Below, piece by piece: positions 50,127-58,369 of a DNA stretch of 64,000 bases (position 1 is the first letter of the stretch; every line of letters starts with the position of its first letter). The position numbers and the translations under genes are program-made. The stretch is from a virus. The DNA lies in the IMG/VR virus record IMGVR_UViG_3300006750_000002, positions 64,001 to 128,000 of that record. The stretch is one strand, 5' to 3'. The notes beneath the pieces are model-generated. The model saw only the letters and a list, made by a program, of their open reading frames with translations, made no database searches and was not told the DNA's origin.

Positions 50127-50902
50127 TGGATATAAGTGTAGAATTAAGTGTCTTTAATAACATAAAGTACTTTGATGACCCCCACAAATACTATATTGAT
50201 GGTGAAGAAATGAATTCTGTAACCAGAGTTATAGGGTTATTTAAACAAAAGTTTGACAGTGATTATTGGTCAGAAAAAAAAGCAAAGGAAAGAGGAATAA
50301 GTAAAGATGAGATTTTAAGTGAATGGAAATATAAATCGGATTATTCGTGTGAAAAGGGAACATTATTTCATGAGTATGCTGAAAATTATTTAAATAATAA
50401 AGTATTTCCGTACAATAACTCTAGGATTAAAAAATTATTGGGAGAGGGGGAAAAGGACGTAAAAAAGGATTTTGATAAAATTAAAGAAATGTTCCACAAA
50501 TTTTATGACGATTCTTATGGTAAATTAATACCGATAAAGTCAGAGGTTATTGTGGGTGATGAGACTCTTAAAATTTGTGGGATGGTCGACCAACTCTTCT
50601 GGAATAATAAAGTTAATGAGTTACAAATTTGGGATTGGAAAACCAACAAAGAGATTAAAAGGAATAATAGATGGCAACAGTTTAATGAGCCCCTATCACA
50701 TCTCGATGTGTGTGAATTTAATACGTATTCAATACAACTATCTTTATACAAATACTTAATAGAAAAAAACACTAAAATAAAATTAGGTGATTCTTATATT
50801 GTGTGGTTTAACGAAAAAAATGACACATACGAACCAATTAAATGTAGAGACTATAGGGAAGAAGTAATATCATTAATAGAAGAGTTTAATAAAACACTAT
50901 GA
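50126..50902 (+). CDS. PD-(D/E)XK exonuclease
   Basis: GTLFHEY, ICGMVDQL, IWDWKT, QLSLY motifs. Confidence 0.8.
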   Translation: MDISVELSVFNNIKYFDDPHKYYIDGEEMNSVTRVIGLFKQKFDSDYWSEKKAKERGISKDEILSEWKYKSDYSCEKGTLFHEYAENYLNNKVFPYNNSRIKKLLGEGEKDVKKDFDKIKEMFHKFYDDSYGKLIPIKSEVIVGDETLKICGMVDQLFWNNKVNELQIWDWKTNKEIKRNNRWQQFNEPLSHLDVCEFNTYSIQLSLYKYLIEKNTKIKLGDSYIVWFNEKNDTYEPIKCRDYREEVISLIEEFNKTL

Positions 50903-51681
50903 TTGAAAAAATAATACATTTTTCTGATTTACATATAAAACTTTATAAAGACCATAAACAGTATAAAGACATATTATGTAGGTGCTTTAAAGAGTGGTCA
51001 GACTTAGAACCTGACCGAATTGTTTTTACGGGAGATTTGGTACACTCTAAAAACCAAATGACTCCAGAACTTATTAATATGGTTACGTGGGCATTATCTC
51101 AATGCAGTAAAATTTGCCCTACAATAATATTGATAGGTAATCATGATTTTTTGGAAAATAATTTAGATAGGGTAGACGCTCTTTCTCCTATAATTAATAC
51201 CATGGGTAATTCTGACATTATGTATTTTAAAAACTCTGGGGTGGAAGAAGATGAAAATATAAATTGGATTGTATATTCATTAATGGACCACAATAAAAGG
51301 CCAGATTTTACACCAGACCCAGGTAAGGTAAATATTGGTTTATTTCATGGACCCATCCAAGGACTAGTTACTGATATGGGATTTGCGTTTGAGGACGGAT
51401 ACAATACAAATGAATTCAGAGGGTGTGACTTAGTACTTGCTGGCGACATACACAAACATCAAATTTTAGGGATTCCTAATAATAAGAAAGCCTATATGGT
51501 GGGTTCATTAATCCAACAAAACTTCGGGGAAAATGTACGTAAACATGGTTACGGGGTTTATAATATAAAGAACGACGAATATAAATTCATAGAAGTAGAT
51601 AATCGGTCCCCTTATTTAAATTTTAAAATAAAAGATATAACAGACATTGAAAATGGGAAAGAAAAACTCACCAACTTCTAA
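50899..51681 (+). CDS. sbcD: SbcD/Mre11 (T4 gp47-like) nuclease, catalytic core only
   Basis: FSDLH, TGDL, IGNHD, LFHGP, AGDIH, GSL metallophosphoesterase motifs; only 260 aa. Confidence 0.85.
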   Translation: MIEKIIHFSDLHIKLYKDHKQYKDILCRCFKEWSDLEPDRIVFTGDLVHSKNQMTPELINMVTWALSQCSKICPTIILIGNHDFLENNLDRVDALSPIINTMGNSDIMYFKNSGVEEDENINWIVYSLMDHNKRPDFTPDPGKVNIGLFHGPIQGLVTDMGFAFEDGYNTNEFRGCDLVLAGDIHKHQILGIPNNKKAYMVGSLIQQNFGENVRKHGYGVYNIKNDEYKFIEVDNRSPYLNFKIKDITDIENGKEKLTNF

Positions 51682-52207
51682 CATACCTAAAGACCTATTA
51701 AAAGAGATAGAAATGTTTTGTGATTTAAACAAAGTAGATGACCCTAATAAGTTTTTGTTGGGATGTCTAAAGGGTGGTTTCGCGATAGAAAAATTCGGAA
51801 GAACACCTATTAAATCTGGAAAAGAAATTATTGAGAAGGAAGTGGAGAAAGAAGTGATTAGAGAAGTCGAAAAGATTGTGGAAGTTGTTAAACTAGTTGA
51901 AAGAGAGGTTCCGGTTGAGGTAGAAAAAATAGTCACTAAAACAGAGTACATTACTGACGATTCTGCGATTAAAAATCTGTTGGTAAAAATAGAGAGTTTA
52001 GAAGATGAGTTAAAAATAAAACCTAAAGAAGTGAAGGTAGAGGTGGAGGATAAAAGGCAGTTAAACACTTTACAAAACGAAATAAAAAACTTAAAAAATA
52101 AAATAGAAGAATATGAAGATGTTCTAAATCATTTTAGACGATTTAGTGGTAGTAACGTTACCCATCTTGCATCTTCTAGATTAAACGATAACTTATATAA
52201 AGATTAA
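51653..52207 (+). CDS. hypothetical protein with E/K/V/I-rich repeats and coiled coil
   Basis: ATG at 51653; IIEKEVEKEVIREVEKIVEVVKLVEREVPVEVEKIV. Confidence 0.65.
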   Translation: MGKKNSPTSNIPKDLLKEIEMFCDLNKVDDPNKFLLGCLKGGFAIEKFGRTPIKSGKEIIEKEVEKEVIREVEKIVEVVKLVEREVPVEVEKIVTKTEYITDDSAIKNLLVKIESLEDELKIKPKEVKVEVEDKRQLNTLQNEIKNLKNKIEEYEDVLNHFRRFSGSNVTHLASSRLNDNLYKD

Positions 52208-52211
52208 AATT

Positions 52212-52529
52212 ATGGAATTATTAATTTGGTTAACAACAGCGTATGGAATGTCACAAATATTAGTTTATGGGAGCATTTTTGATACCCACAGAGAGTGGAT
52301 AACTAATAGGTCTAAATTTTTTGGAGATTTATTAGGTTGTATGATGTGTACCTCCACCTGGGTAGGGTTTGCCTTCTCAGCTGCCCTATGGTCACCAACA
52401 GAACAACTAGACCTACTCATACCCTATAGTAATATATTTTTTGACGGTATGTTAGCTAGTGGAGGTGTCTGGGCAATCAACGCTATAGTAGAATGGTTCG
52501 AACAAAATCGTCCTGAAAAAGAAGACTAG
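52212..52529 (+). CDS. small membrane protein, DUF1360-like
   Basis: Hydrophobic segments and LLGCMMCTSTWVG (CxxC-W). Confidence 0.6.
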   Translation: MELLIWLTTAYGMSQILVYGSIFDTHREWITNRSKFFGDLLGCMMCTSTWVGFAFSAALWSPTEQLDLLIPYSNIFFDGMLASGGVWAINAIVEWFEQNRPEKED

Positions 52530-52533
52530 TAAT

Positions 52534-54855
52534 ATGGTTAACAAAGATGAATTAAATAACCCTTTTATAAAGGTAACGTGGGAAGATAGTCCAGAAAATT
52601 TTACACAGGAGAAAATTAAAAGACTAAAGAGCCATTTTAAAAAAAAGTACAATTCTGAGAGAGTTAATGTCCTAACTAGGGTATCAGGTGTCGACACACC
52701 TAATAACCCCCAAGAGGTCACTGAAAACGTCATAGATAAAGAATATCAGAAGAGACTTGTAAAAGAATTTTTAAAAGAACAAGAGGTTATCGTAGATTGG
52801 GATAAGTTCGTTAGGTTGGACAATAGGGTAGAATCTAACATCCAGGAGGAAGAAAACACAACAAATAAAAAATGGTCCGTTAAATGGGTCGAGTTTAGTA
52901 ATTTTCTATCTTTTGGGGAAGGTAATAAAATAGACTTCACTAAGTATCCAGGAATTACAGCGGTCGATTCTAGTCCAGCTAACTTTGGGGGCAAAACCAC
53001 CTTAACGGTAGACTTATTATTGTTCCTATTTTTTAATGTAACCACTAAATCTTCAAAAGCTATAGAAGTGTTTAATAGATTCACAGATAAGAATAGGGTT
53101 TTAGTTAGTGGGGAAGTAGAAATTGATGGGGATAACTTTATTATAGAAAGAGGAGTAATACGTAGACAAACAAAAAAAGGCGAGTGGTCGGTAAAGACAG
53201 AATTAAATCTAAGTAAAAGATTAAGTGATGGTACTTCACAAAATCTACAAGGGGAACAAAGAAGAGAAACAGAAGAATTTCTAAAGAATTCTATAGGTAC
53301 TATGGATGATTTTTTACTAACTATCCTAACCACATCAAACAACCTTGAAAACTTATTAGAAGCCAAACCAACACAAAGAGGGCAAATACTTACAAGATTT
53401 GTTGGGTTAGAGAAACTAAAGAAGAAAGAAGAAAACTGTAAAGAGATTTATTCAGAGTGGAATAAAAAGATTATATCTAATCATTATAATATTAATGATT
53501 TAACTACTGATATTGTGAACTTGAAAGAAGAGATTAGAGAATTACAATTAACTAATGAATCGTCCAGTAAAGAAATAAAAACTTTAGAACTAAAGTATGG
53601 TGATGTGGTTACCTATAAAGAAAAATTAATATCTTCACAACATAACGACATAAATCCTGATTTGGTTAAAGTTAATCCTGAAACTTTAGAAGAAGAGATA
53701 GGTAAGTTGGGTGTAGAAGGCACTAAACTAAAACATAAATTAGATTTAATTATTTTAGATAAACCATCGACCATATATAGTGAAGATGAATATAAACTTT
53801 TGATAAAAGAAAACAAAACCCTAATCAAAGAAGACCTAGAGATTAAGAGTGAAATTAAAAATATAAATAAACTAATTAAAAATTTAGAAGAGGGGAAGAA
53901 CTGTCCTATGTGTAAACAACTATTGGAGGATGTGGACCATACCCAGGAGATTAAGGATAACCAGGTTAATTTAAAAGAGATTGTGGAAGACTCCAAAAAA
54001 ATCATGGATAAATTAGAAAATAGTGAACAGGCAATGGGTGAATGTGAAAGCATTAAATCTAGTTGGGAAGGATACGAAAAAGAATCCTTAAAAAAAATAA
54101 AAGTAGAGCTAGACATCAAAGAAAATAATATTACCCGTAAAGAAAAAACTTCCCTACTCAAAGAATGGGAGAGTAATAAAAGTAAGTTAGAGGAGAATAG
54201 AGTAGTGGAAAAGAAGTTGGTTTCTGCAAGGACTCTAATTGAAACCATTATAGCTGATAGAGACCAACTAAAAAGTAAAACTACATCCAACAATTCTAAA
54301 GTAACCCAAAAGAATGGAGAGATTCTAGATAAGACTAGTAAGATTAGTGAAATTAAAAAAGAAGAAGGTGTAGATAAAGTATTTAAGTCTTACTTAATTG
54401 CATACGGTAAAAATGGAATTTCTAAACTCATTTTAAGAAATACCATCCCTTATCTTAATAGTGAGTTAAATAGGTTATTGTCAGATAGTTGTGAATTCAC
54501 ACTACAACTTAGAATAAATGATAGGAACGAATTAGAATTTTGGATGGTAGACAATGGAACTGGAATTGAAAAATTAATGTCTAGTGGAAGTGGATATGAA
54601 AAGACTATCGCGTCCCTCGCATTGCGTTCGGTACTGTCTAAAGTATGTGCATTACCTAAACCTAACATAGTATGTTTTGATGAAGCGTTTGGGAAAGTTA
54701 GTGATGAAAATCTAGAGTTGGTTGGTAGGTTCTTTACAAAAATTAAAGATTACTTTGAAAGGATATTTGTAATTTCTCACAATCCATTAGTTAAAGACTG
54801 GTGTGACCAAACCATCACTGTTAAGAAAGAAAATAATGTCTCTAGGGTTATTTAA
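52534..54855 (+). CDS. sbcC: SbcC/Rad50 (T4 gp46-like) ATPase with about 110-aa N-terminal extension
   Basis: FSNFLSF, Walker A NFGGKTT, long coiled coil with CPMC zinc hook, signature SSGSGYE, Walker B VCFDEAF, H-loop ISH. Confidence 0.9.
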   Translation: MVNKDELNNPFIKVTWEDSPENFTQEKIKRLKSHFKKKYNSERVNVLTRVSGVDTPNNPQEVTENVIDKEYQKRLVKEFLKEQEVIVDWDKFVRLDNRVESNIQEEENTTNKKWSVKWVEFSNFLSFGEGNKIDFTKYPGITAVDSSPANFGGKTTLTVDLLLFLFFNVTTKSSKAIEVFNRFTDKNRVLVSGEVEIDGDNFIIERGVIRRQTKKGEWSVKTELNLSKRLSDGTSQNLQGEQRRETEEFLKNSIGTMDDFLLTILTTSNNLENLLEAKPTQRGQILTRFVGLEKLKKKEENCKEIYSEWNKKIISNHYNINDLTTDIVNLKEEIRELQLTNESSSKEIKTLELKYGDVVTYKEKLISSQHNDINPDLVKVNPETLEEEIGKLGVEGTKLKHKLDLIILDKPSTIYSEDEYKLLIKENKTLIKEDLEIKSEIKNINKLIKNLEEGKNCPMCKQLLEDVDHTQEIKDNQVNLKEIVEDSKKIMDKLENSEQAMGECESIKSSWEGYEKESLKKIKVELDIKENNITRKEKTSLLKEWESNKSKLEENRVVEKKLVSARTLIETIIADRDQLKSKTTSNNSKVTQKNGEILDKTSKISEIKKEEGVDKVFKSYLIAYGKNGISKLILRNTIPYLNSELNRLLSDSCEFTLQLRINDRNELEFWMVDNGTGIEKLMSSGSGYEKTIASLALRSVLSKVCALPKPNIVCFDEAFGKVSDENLELVGRFFTKIKDYFERIFVISHNPLVKDWCDQTITVKKENNVSRVI

Positions 54856-54870
54856 AATCATAGGATAGAA

Positions 54871-54901
54871 TTTGGTAGTGTCGATTTTATTATTATCTTT
54901 G
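54871..54901 (+). promoter_or_regulatory. Bacteroidota-type housekeeping (early) promoter
   Basis: TTTG (54871-54874), 19 nt, TATCTTTG (54894-54901): matches the -33/-7 consensus. Confidence 0.8.
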
Positions 54902-54927
54902 TAGTCTAACATTTTAAATAAGGTAAT

Positions 54928-55452
54928 ATGGACAACTTAAGAGAAGTACGACAAATGGCAAATCGATTGATGAGTGAAGAGTTTACGTTCACAGCATTCG
55001 GCAAAACCCACACACTTTCAGGTAACAATCTTGGTTACAGCTTCAAGTTCGATAACGCACGTCGGAGACTAGGGTGTTGTAATTATCGTACAAAGACCAT
55101 CAGTCTATCAAAACATCTTTGCCTTATGAACCTTGATAAGGTTGAGGGCAAACTTAAAGATACTGTATTACATGAGTTGGCACACGCATTTGATGTGGCG
55201 TTATATGGTTTAAGTAGTGGTCACGGACCTAGGTGGGTACGAATAGCACAATCAATCGGGTGTGATGGACAGCGTTGTTACAGTAGTGAGGATGTGAAGG
55301 AGGTAACCAATAGCAAGTATACTCACACTTGTCCAACGTGTGGAAACACAACACCTAGACATAAGAAGATAAGGAGGTCTTATAGTTGTGCACCGTGTTC
55401 AGGTGGGAGATACAACCCACAACACAAGTTGATTTTGACTCAGAATTATTAA
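54928..55452 (+). CDS. SprT-like zinc metalloprotease
   Basis: RRLGCC, TVLHELAH, GHGPRW, C-terminal CPTC...CAPC zinc ribbon. Confidence 0.85.
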   Translation: MDNLREVRQMANRLMSEEFTFTAFGKTHTLSGNNLGYSFKFDNARRRLGCCNYRTKTISLSKHLCLMNLDKVEGKLKDTVLHELAHAFDVALYGLSSGHGPRWVRIAQSIGCDGQRCYSSEDVKEVTNSKYTHTCPTCGNTTPRHKKIRRSYSCAPCSGGRYNPQHKLILTQNY

Positions 55453-55499
55453 TAAGTGATAGGTGCCTGAATTAAGTTTGGGGATGAATAAATTATTTA

Positions 55500-55530
55500 T
55501 TTGGTAGTGTCGAAATAATTACTATCTTTG
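55500..55530 (+). promoter_or_regulatory. Bacteroidota-type housekeeping (early) promoter, second copy
   Basis: TTTG (55500-55503), 19 nt, TATCTTTG (55523-55530); shares TTTGGTAGTGTCGA with the 54871 copy. Confidence 0.8.
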
Positions 55531-55550
55531 TAATACACAAAAAGAGAAAT

Positions 55551-56087
55551 ATGAATATCATCGAAACTACAACACAAAAAGACTTTTACGGAAACAACAT
55601 TACTAGAAAAAAAATCAAAGACGGATTTTTTAAAGATTCGAATGTAATATCAGAATCACAAAGTAAGTTAGCTCAATCAGAAAATCGTGATTGTGTGGTA
55701 AGAGCATTCATGATGGCTTTAGATTTACCATATGATAAAGCCCATAAGTTTGTAGAAATCAAATTCAACCGTAAACCAGGTAAAGGAACTTATACTCGTA
55801 TGCATTTGAATAATGTAATAAATCGTCAGAAGAATGGTTATAAGATGAAAATGTTGGGTTACCACCCGAAATATAGTAATGGAAAGAAAAAATTAGTTAA
55901 CCCTAAATATAAAAAAGAAACTGGATACACAGTAAAATCTTTTATGGAACAACATCCTGTAGGTCGTTACTTTATGATTGTTAGAGGACACGCATTAGCG
56001 TTAGTTGACGGTATATTGTATGGTAATTCTTGTGAACAATACGATGGATTTCGTAGACCGATAAGATTTGTTATTGAGTGTAAGTAA
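55551..56087 (+). CDS. hypothetical protein with possible Cys-His dyad
   Basis: RDCVVRA...GHALALVDG; own promoter. Confidence 0.6.
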   Translation: MNIIETTTQKDFYGNNITRKKIKDGFFKDSNVISESQSKLAQSENRDCVVRAFMMALDLPYDKAHKFVEIKFNRKPGKGTYTRMHLNNVINRQKNGYKMKMLGYHPKYSNGKKKLVNPKYKKETGYTVKSFMEQHPVGRYFMIVRGHALALVDGILYGNSCEQYDGFRRPIRFVIECK

Positions 56088-56447
56088 TTAGAATTCCATA
56101 TTGTCGAAAGGTTCGATAAGGTTACCACGATTCTTAAATCCTACCCCACCTACATAGGTTTCCATATTACCCATTTTTCTTCTTTCGTAGTCTAGAATAG
56201 ATAATGCTAATTTTCTATCGTATTCTTTGTCGTCAGTTTCAGGAACTACCCCATCATAATAGATAGAACCTCTAAATCTTCTAACAGGGTTAGGGGAGTC
56301 CATTATCTCATCATAAGTAGAATCATCTATTTCGAATTCATAGTCATCCACAGGAAGTCTACTCTCCATTTCTTCTTCCTCTTGTTCGTTAAGGACTTTA
56401 CCTAAAGCTTTTTTAATGTCACTTTCTGTAATTCTAATTTTATTCAT
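56088..56447 (-). CDS. hypothetical, putative head-internal protein
   Basis: N-terminus KIRITESDIKKALGKVLNEQ resembles a motif in the 563-aa protein; TATTTATA on the minus strand at 56461-56468. Confidence 0.65.
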   Translation of the reverse strand: MNKIRITESDIKKALGKVLNEQEEEEMESRLPVDDYEFEIDDSTYDEIMDSPNPVRRFRGSIYYDGVVPETDDKEYDRKLALSILDYERRKMGNMETYVGGVGFKNRGNLIEPFDNMEF

Positions 56448-56483
56448 GGTATTCTTTTAATATAAATATAAACAAGGCTAAAT

Positions 56484-56512
56484 AAAAAAAGGGAATCTTT
56501 CAATTCCCTTTT
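56484..56512 (-). terminator. rho-independent terminator for the minus-strand transcript
   Basis: Plus strand AAAAAAAGGGAAT-CTTTCA-ATTCCCTTTT; gives hairpin plus T7 tract on the minus strand, 17 nt after the micro-ORF stop. Confidence 0.85.
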
Positions 56513-56529
56513 AATTAATTATTTAGTTT

Positions 56530-56592
56530 TTAACAATTGCAACAAGTACATTCACATTTGGTAGTACAGTTACATTCTTTACAATCACACAT
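56530..56592 (-). CDS. 20-aa Cys-rich metallothionein-like micropeptide (MCDCKECNCTTKCECTCCNC)
   Basis: Hand-translated: ATG at 56592, TAA at 56530; 9 Cys in 20 aa; A-rich leader; lies between the 563-aa gene stop and the terminator. Confidence 0.7.
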   Translation of the reverse strand: MCDCKECNCTTKCECTCCNC

Positions 56593-56617
56593 GATATTTT
56601 GTTTTTATAATGTTTAT

Positions 56618-58309
56618 TTAATCTACCTCACAACAGCTTTTACAACCTTTATTAACTGTAGGGTAATTTCCAGCTAATGTTGCTTGTTTTATTATTTTAT
56701 TGTCTCCACTTCTTTTTCCAAATTTGACACAACGACAAGTTACTTTTCCCCCTTCTAATTTCTTTTTTCTCTTACACCAGTCATGAAAATCATCTTCGGT
56801 TCCTCTTCTTTCAATATCGGCATCTGCTTTTTGCATCCAGTCCTTATCTTTTTTTTTTTCGTTAAGAACTCTGTCTACGATTTTGTAAAGGTCAGCCTCT
56901 GTAAGTTTGATTACGTTTTTTCTAGGATTTCTAGATTCCTTAAGGTCTTCTTCAGCTTTTTTAGAAATTTCTGTCGATTGTTCATTTAAGACTCTATATT
57001 TAGGTCTGTTAGTTCTTCCTCCCCCTAAAGATTTTTTACTAATACTTTTCTTTCTAGGGTTTCTAGACTCACTCAACTCATCCTTCTTCTTATCCTCTTT
57101 TTTCCCCCCTTTAAGCTGGGCTTTTAATTGAGCAATTAAAGCTTGTAATTCTCCATCACCCAAGTCCTTCATACTACCTATCCCTTTTCCACCACCACCG
57201 AATGGGTTGCTCACTGTAGTAACGTCAAATCCTGCACTATATGACCCTGCGTCATAAGCTGGTCTTGGACTTCCTTTACTTGATTTACTTGATTTACTTG
57301 ATTTACTTGATTTGGAATCGTCTCCTTTTTCTTTTGTAGAGTCATCTCCATCACCATCTCCATCACCATCTCCAGGAACATAGTCATCATCATCTTTTCC
57401 ATCATCTCCACCAGTATCTTCACCATCATCTCCACCAGTATCTTCACCAGTATCTTCACCATCATCTCCACCAGTATCTTCACCATCATCTCCACCAGTA
57501 TCTTCAGGAGCCCAATCCCATGGCGGTGGTGGGGCTGTACCACCCTCACCAGTATCTCCACCAGTATCTCCACCAGTATCTCCACCAGTATCTCCACCAG
57601 TACCAACACCTGAGTCTGTACCAGTATCTCCACCAGTATCTCCACCCGTTTCTTCCTCTGTTAATAATTTAACGTCTTTATATGTCATGCCGTCCTCAAA
57701 CAACATCATCTGTTTAATTCTGTCTAGTTGTTCTTGCATTGAACTTTTCATAGTATTTTGGTTTTCTTTATAAATATGTTTACTTTCTTCTTTTACCGTA
57801 AACATATCTGCGTTTTTTCTTATAGTTGCGTTATAGGTTTTTAATTCAGGACTTTTCTTACTTTGCCCCATTAAATGACCAGCATTTTTCTTCTCGATAT
57901 CCAACTTACCTTCTTCATCATAATTCTCCGAGTCTGCATTACAGTTTGTCTCATGGGAGACCTTTTCAGTTGGGTGATGCACCCCCCTAATTTCCACATA
58001 ATCGTCCCCAGTGTGGCTGTCTTGGGGGTTATAGTAATCTTTTTCTGGGTGGAGAGGCCTTTTGTTAGTCTCTTCGTCGTTAAAATTTTGACTATGGAAC
58101 CAGTAACTCCCCTCAAACGAAGGACTATCGTTAGGTATCCTCATAACACCCTTACCGATTCCACCTTCTGGCCATCCTGTGGCGGTATTGAATTCTGGCG
58201 TGTCTATAGGATGGATTCTATCTTTGGTGAAATCATTTTTTTTAACACCCTTTTTTACTTCTTTTTTAGAATCATCCTTCGATTCATTAAATTGGTAAGT
58301 TATTTTCAT
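56618..58309 (-). CDS. low-complexity putative head-internal protein
   Basis: 563 aa; [15 protein letters not shown] repeats; multiple L-x-E motifs; basic Cys-containing C-terminal domain KDWMQKA...WCK...KVTCRCV. Confidence 0.6.
   Translation of the reverse strand: MKITYQFNESKDDSKKEVKKGVKKNDFTKDRIHPIDTPEFNTATGWPEGGIGKGVMRIPNDSPSFEGSYWFHSQNFNDEETNKRPLHPEKDYYNPQDSHTGDDYVEIRGVHHPTEKVSHETNCNADSENYDEEGKLDIEKKNAGHLMGQSKKSPELKTYNATIRKNADMFTVKEESKHIYKENQNTMKSSMQEQLDRIKQMMLFEDGMTYKDVKLLTEEETGGDTGGDTGTDSGVGTGGDTGGDTGGDTGGDTGEGGTAPPPPWDWAPEDTGGDDGEDTGGDDGEDTGEDTGGDDGEDTGGDDGKDDDDYVPGDGDGDGDGDDSTKEKGDDSKSSKSSKSSKSSKGSPRPAYDAGSYSAGFDVTTVSNPFGGGGKGIGSMKDLGDGELQALIAQLKAQLKGGKKEDKKKDELSESRNPRKKSISKKSLGGGRTNRPKYRVLNEQSTEISKKAEEDLKESRNPRKNVIKLTEADLYKIVDRVLNEKKKDKDWMQKADADIERRGTEDDFHDWCKRKKKLEGGKVTCRCVKFGKRSGDNKIIKQATLAGNYPTVNKGCKSCCEVD
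57275..57650 (-). repeat. coding tandem repeats (9, 12 and 24 bp units)
   Basis: Plus strand TTTACTTGA x4 (57275-57310); CACCATCATCTCCACCAGTATCTT at 57421, 57457, 57481; CACCAGTATCTC x4 (57547-57594). Confidence 0.9.
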
Positions 58310-58316
58310 TTTATTT

Positions 58317-58348
58317 TTTGTTTACACCAATAAATATGACTATATTTG
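58317..58348 (+). promoter_or_regulatory. Bacteroidota-type promoter in a divergent intergenic region
   Basis: TTTG (58317-58320), 20 nt, TATATTTG (58341-58348); a minus-strand TATTTATT (58329-58336) lies inside the spacer. Confidence 0.7.
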
Positions 58349-58369
58349 TTAAACAAAATATTTATAATT

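Noticed and set aside
50126-50902. Cas4
   Set aside because: PD-(D/E)XK motifs present but the Cas4 C-terminal CxxC-x5-C cluster is absent; context is replication/recombination.
52746-54668. Long antisense ORFs (206, 226, 72 aa) opposite sbcC, and similar antisense ORFs throughout
   Set aside because: Fully nested opposite well-supported genes, Ser/Leu/Phe-rich composition expected from complementary Glu/Lys codons, no motifs.
57211-57645. 144-aa alternative-frame ORF ([16 protein letters not shown] repeats)
   Set aside because: Shadow of the 12/24-bp tandem repeats within the 563-aa gene.
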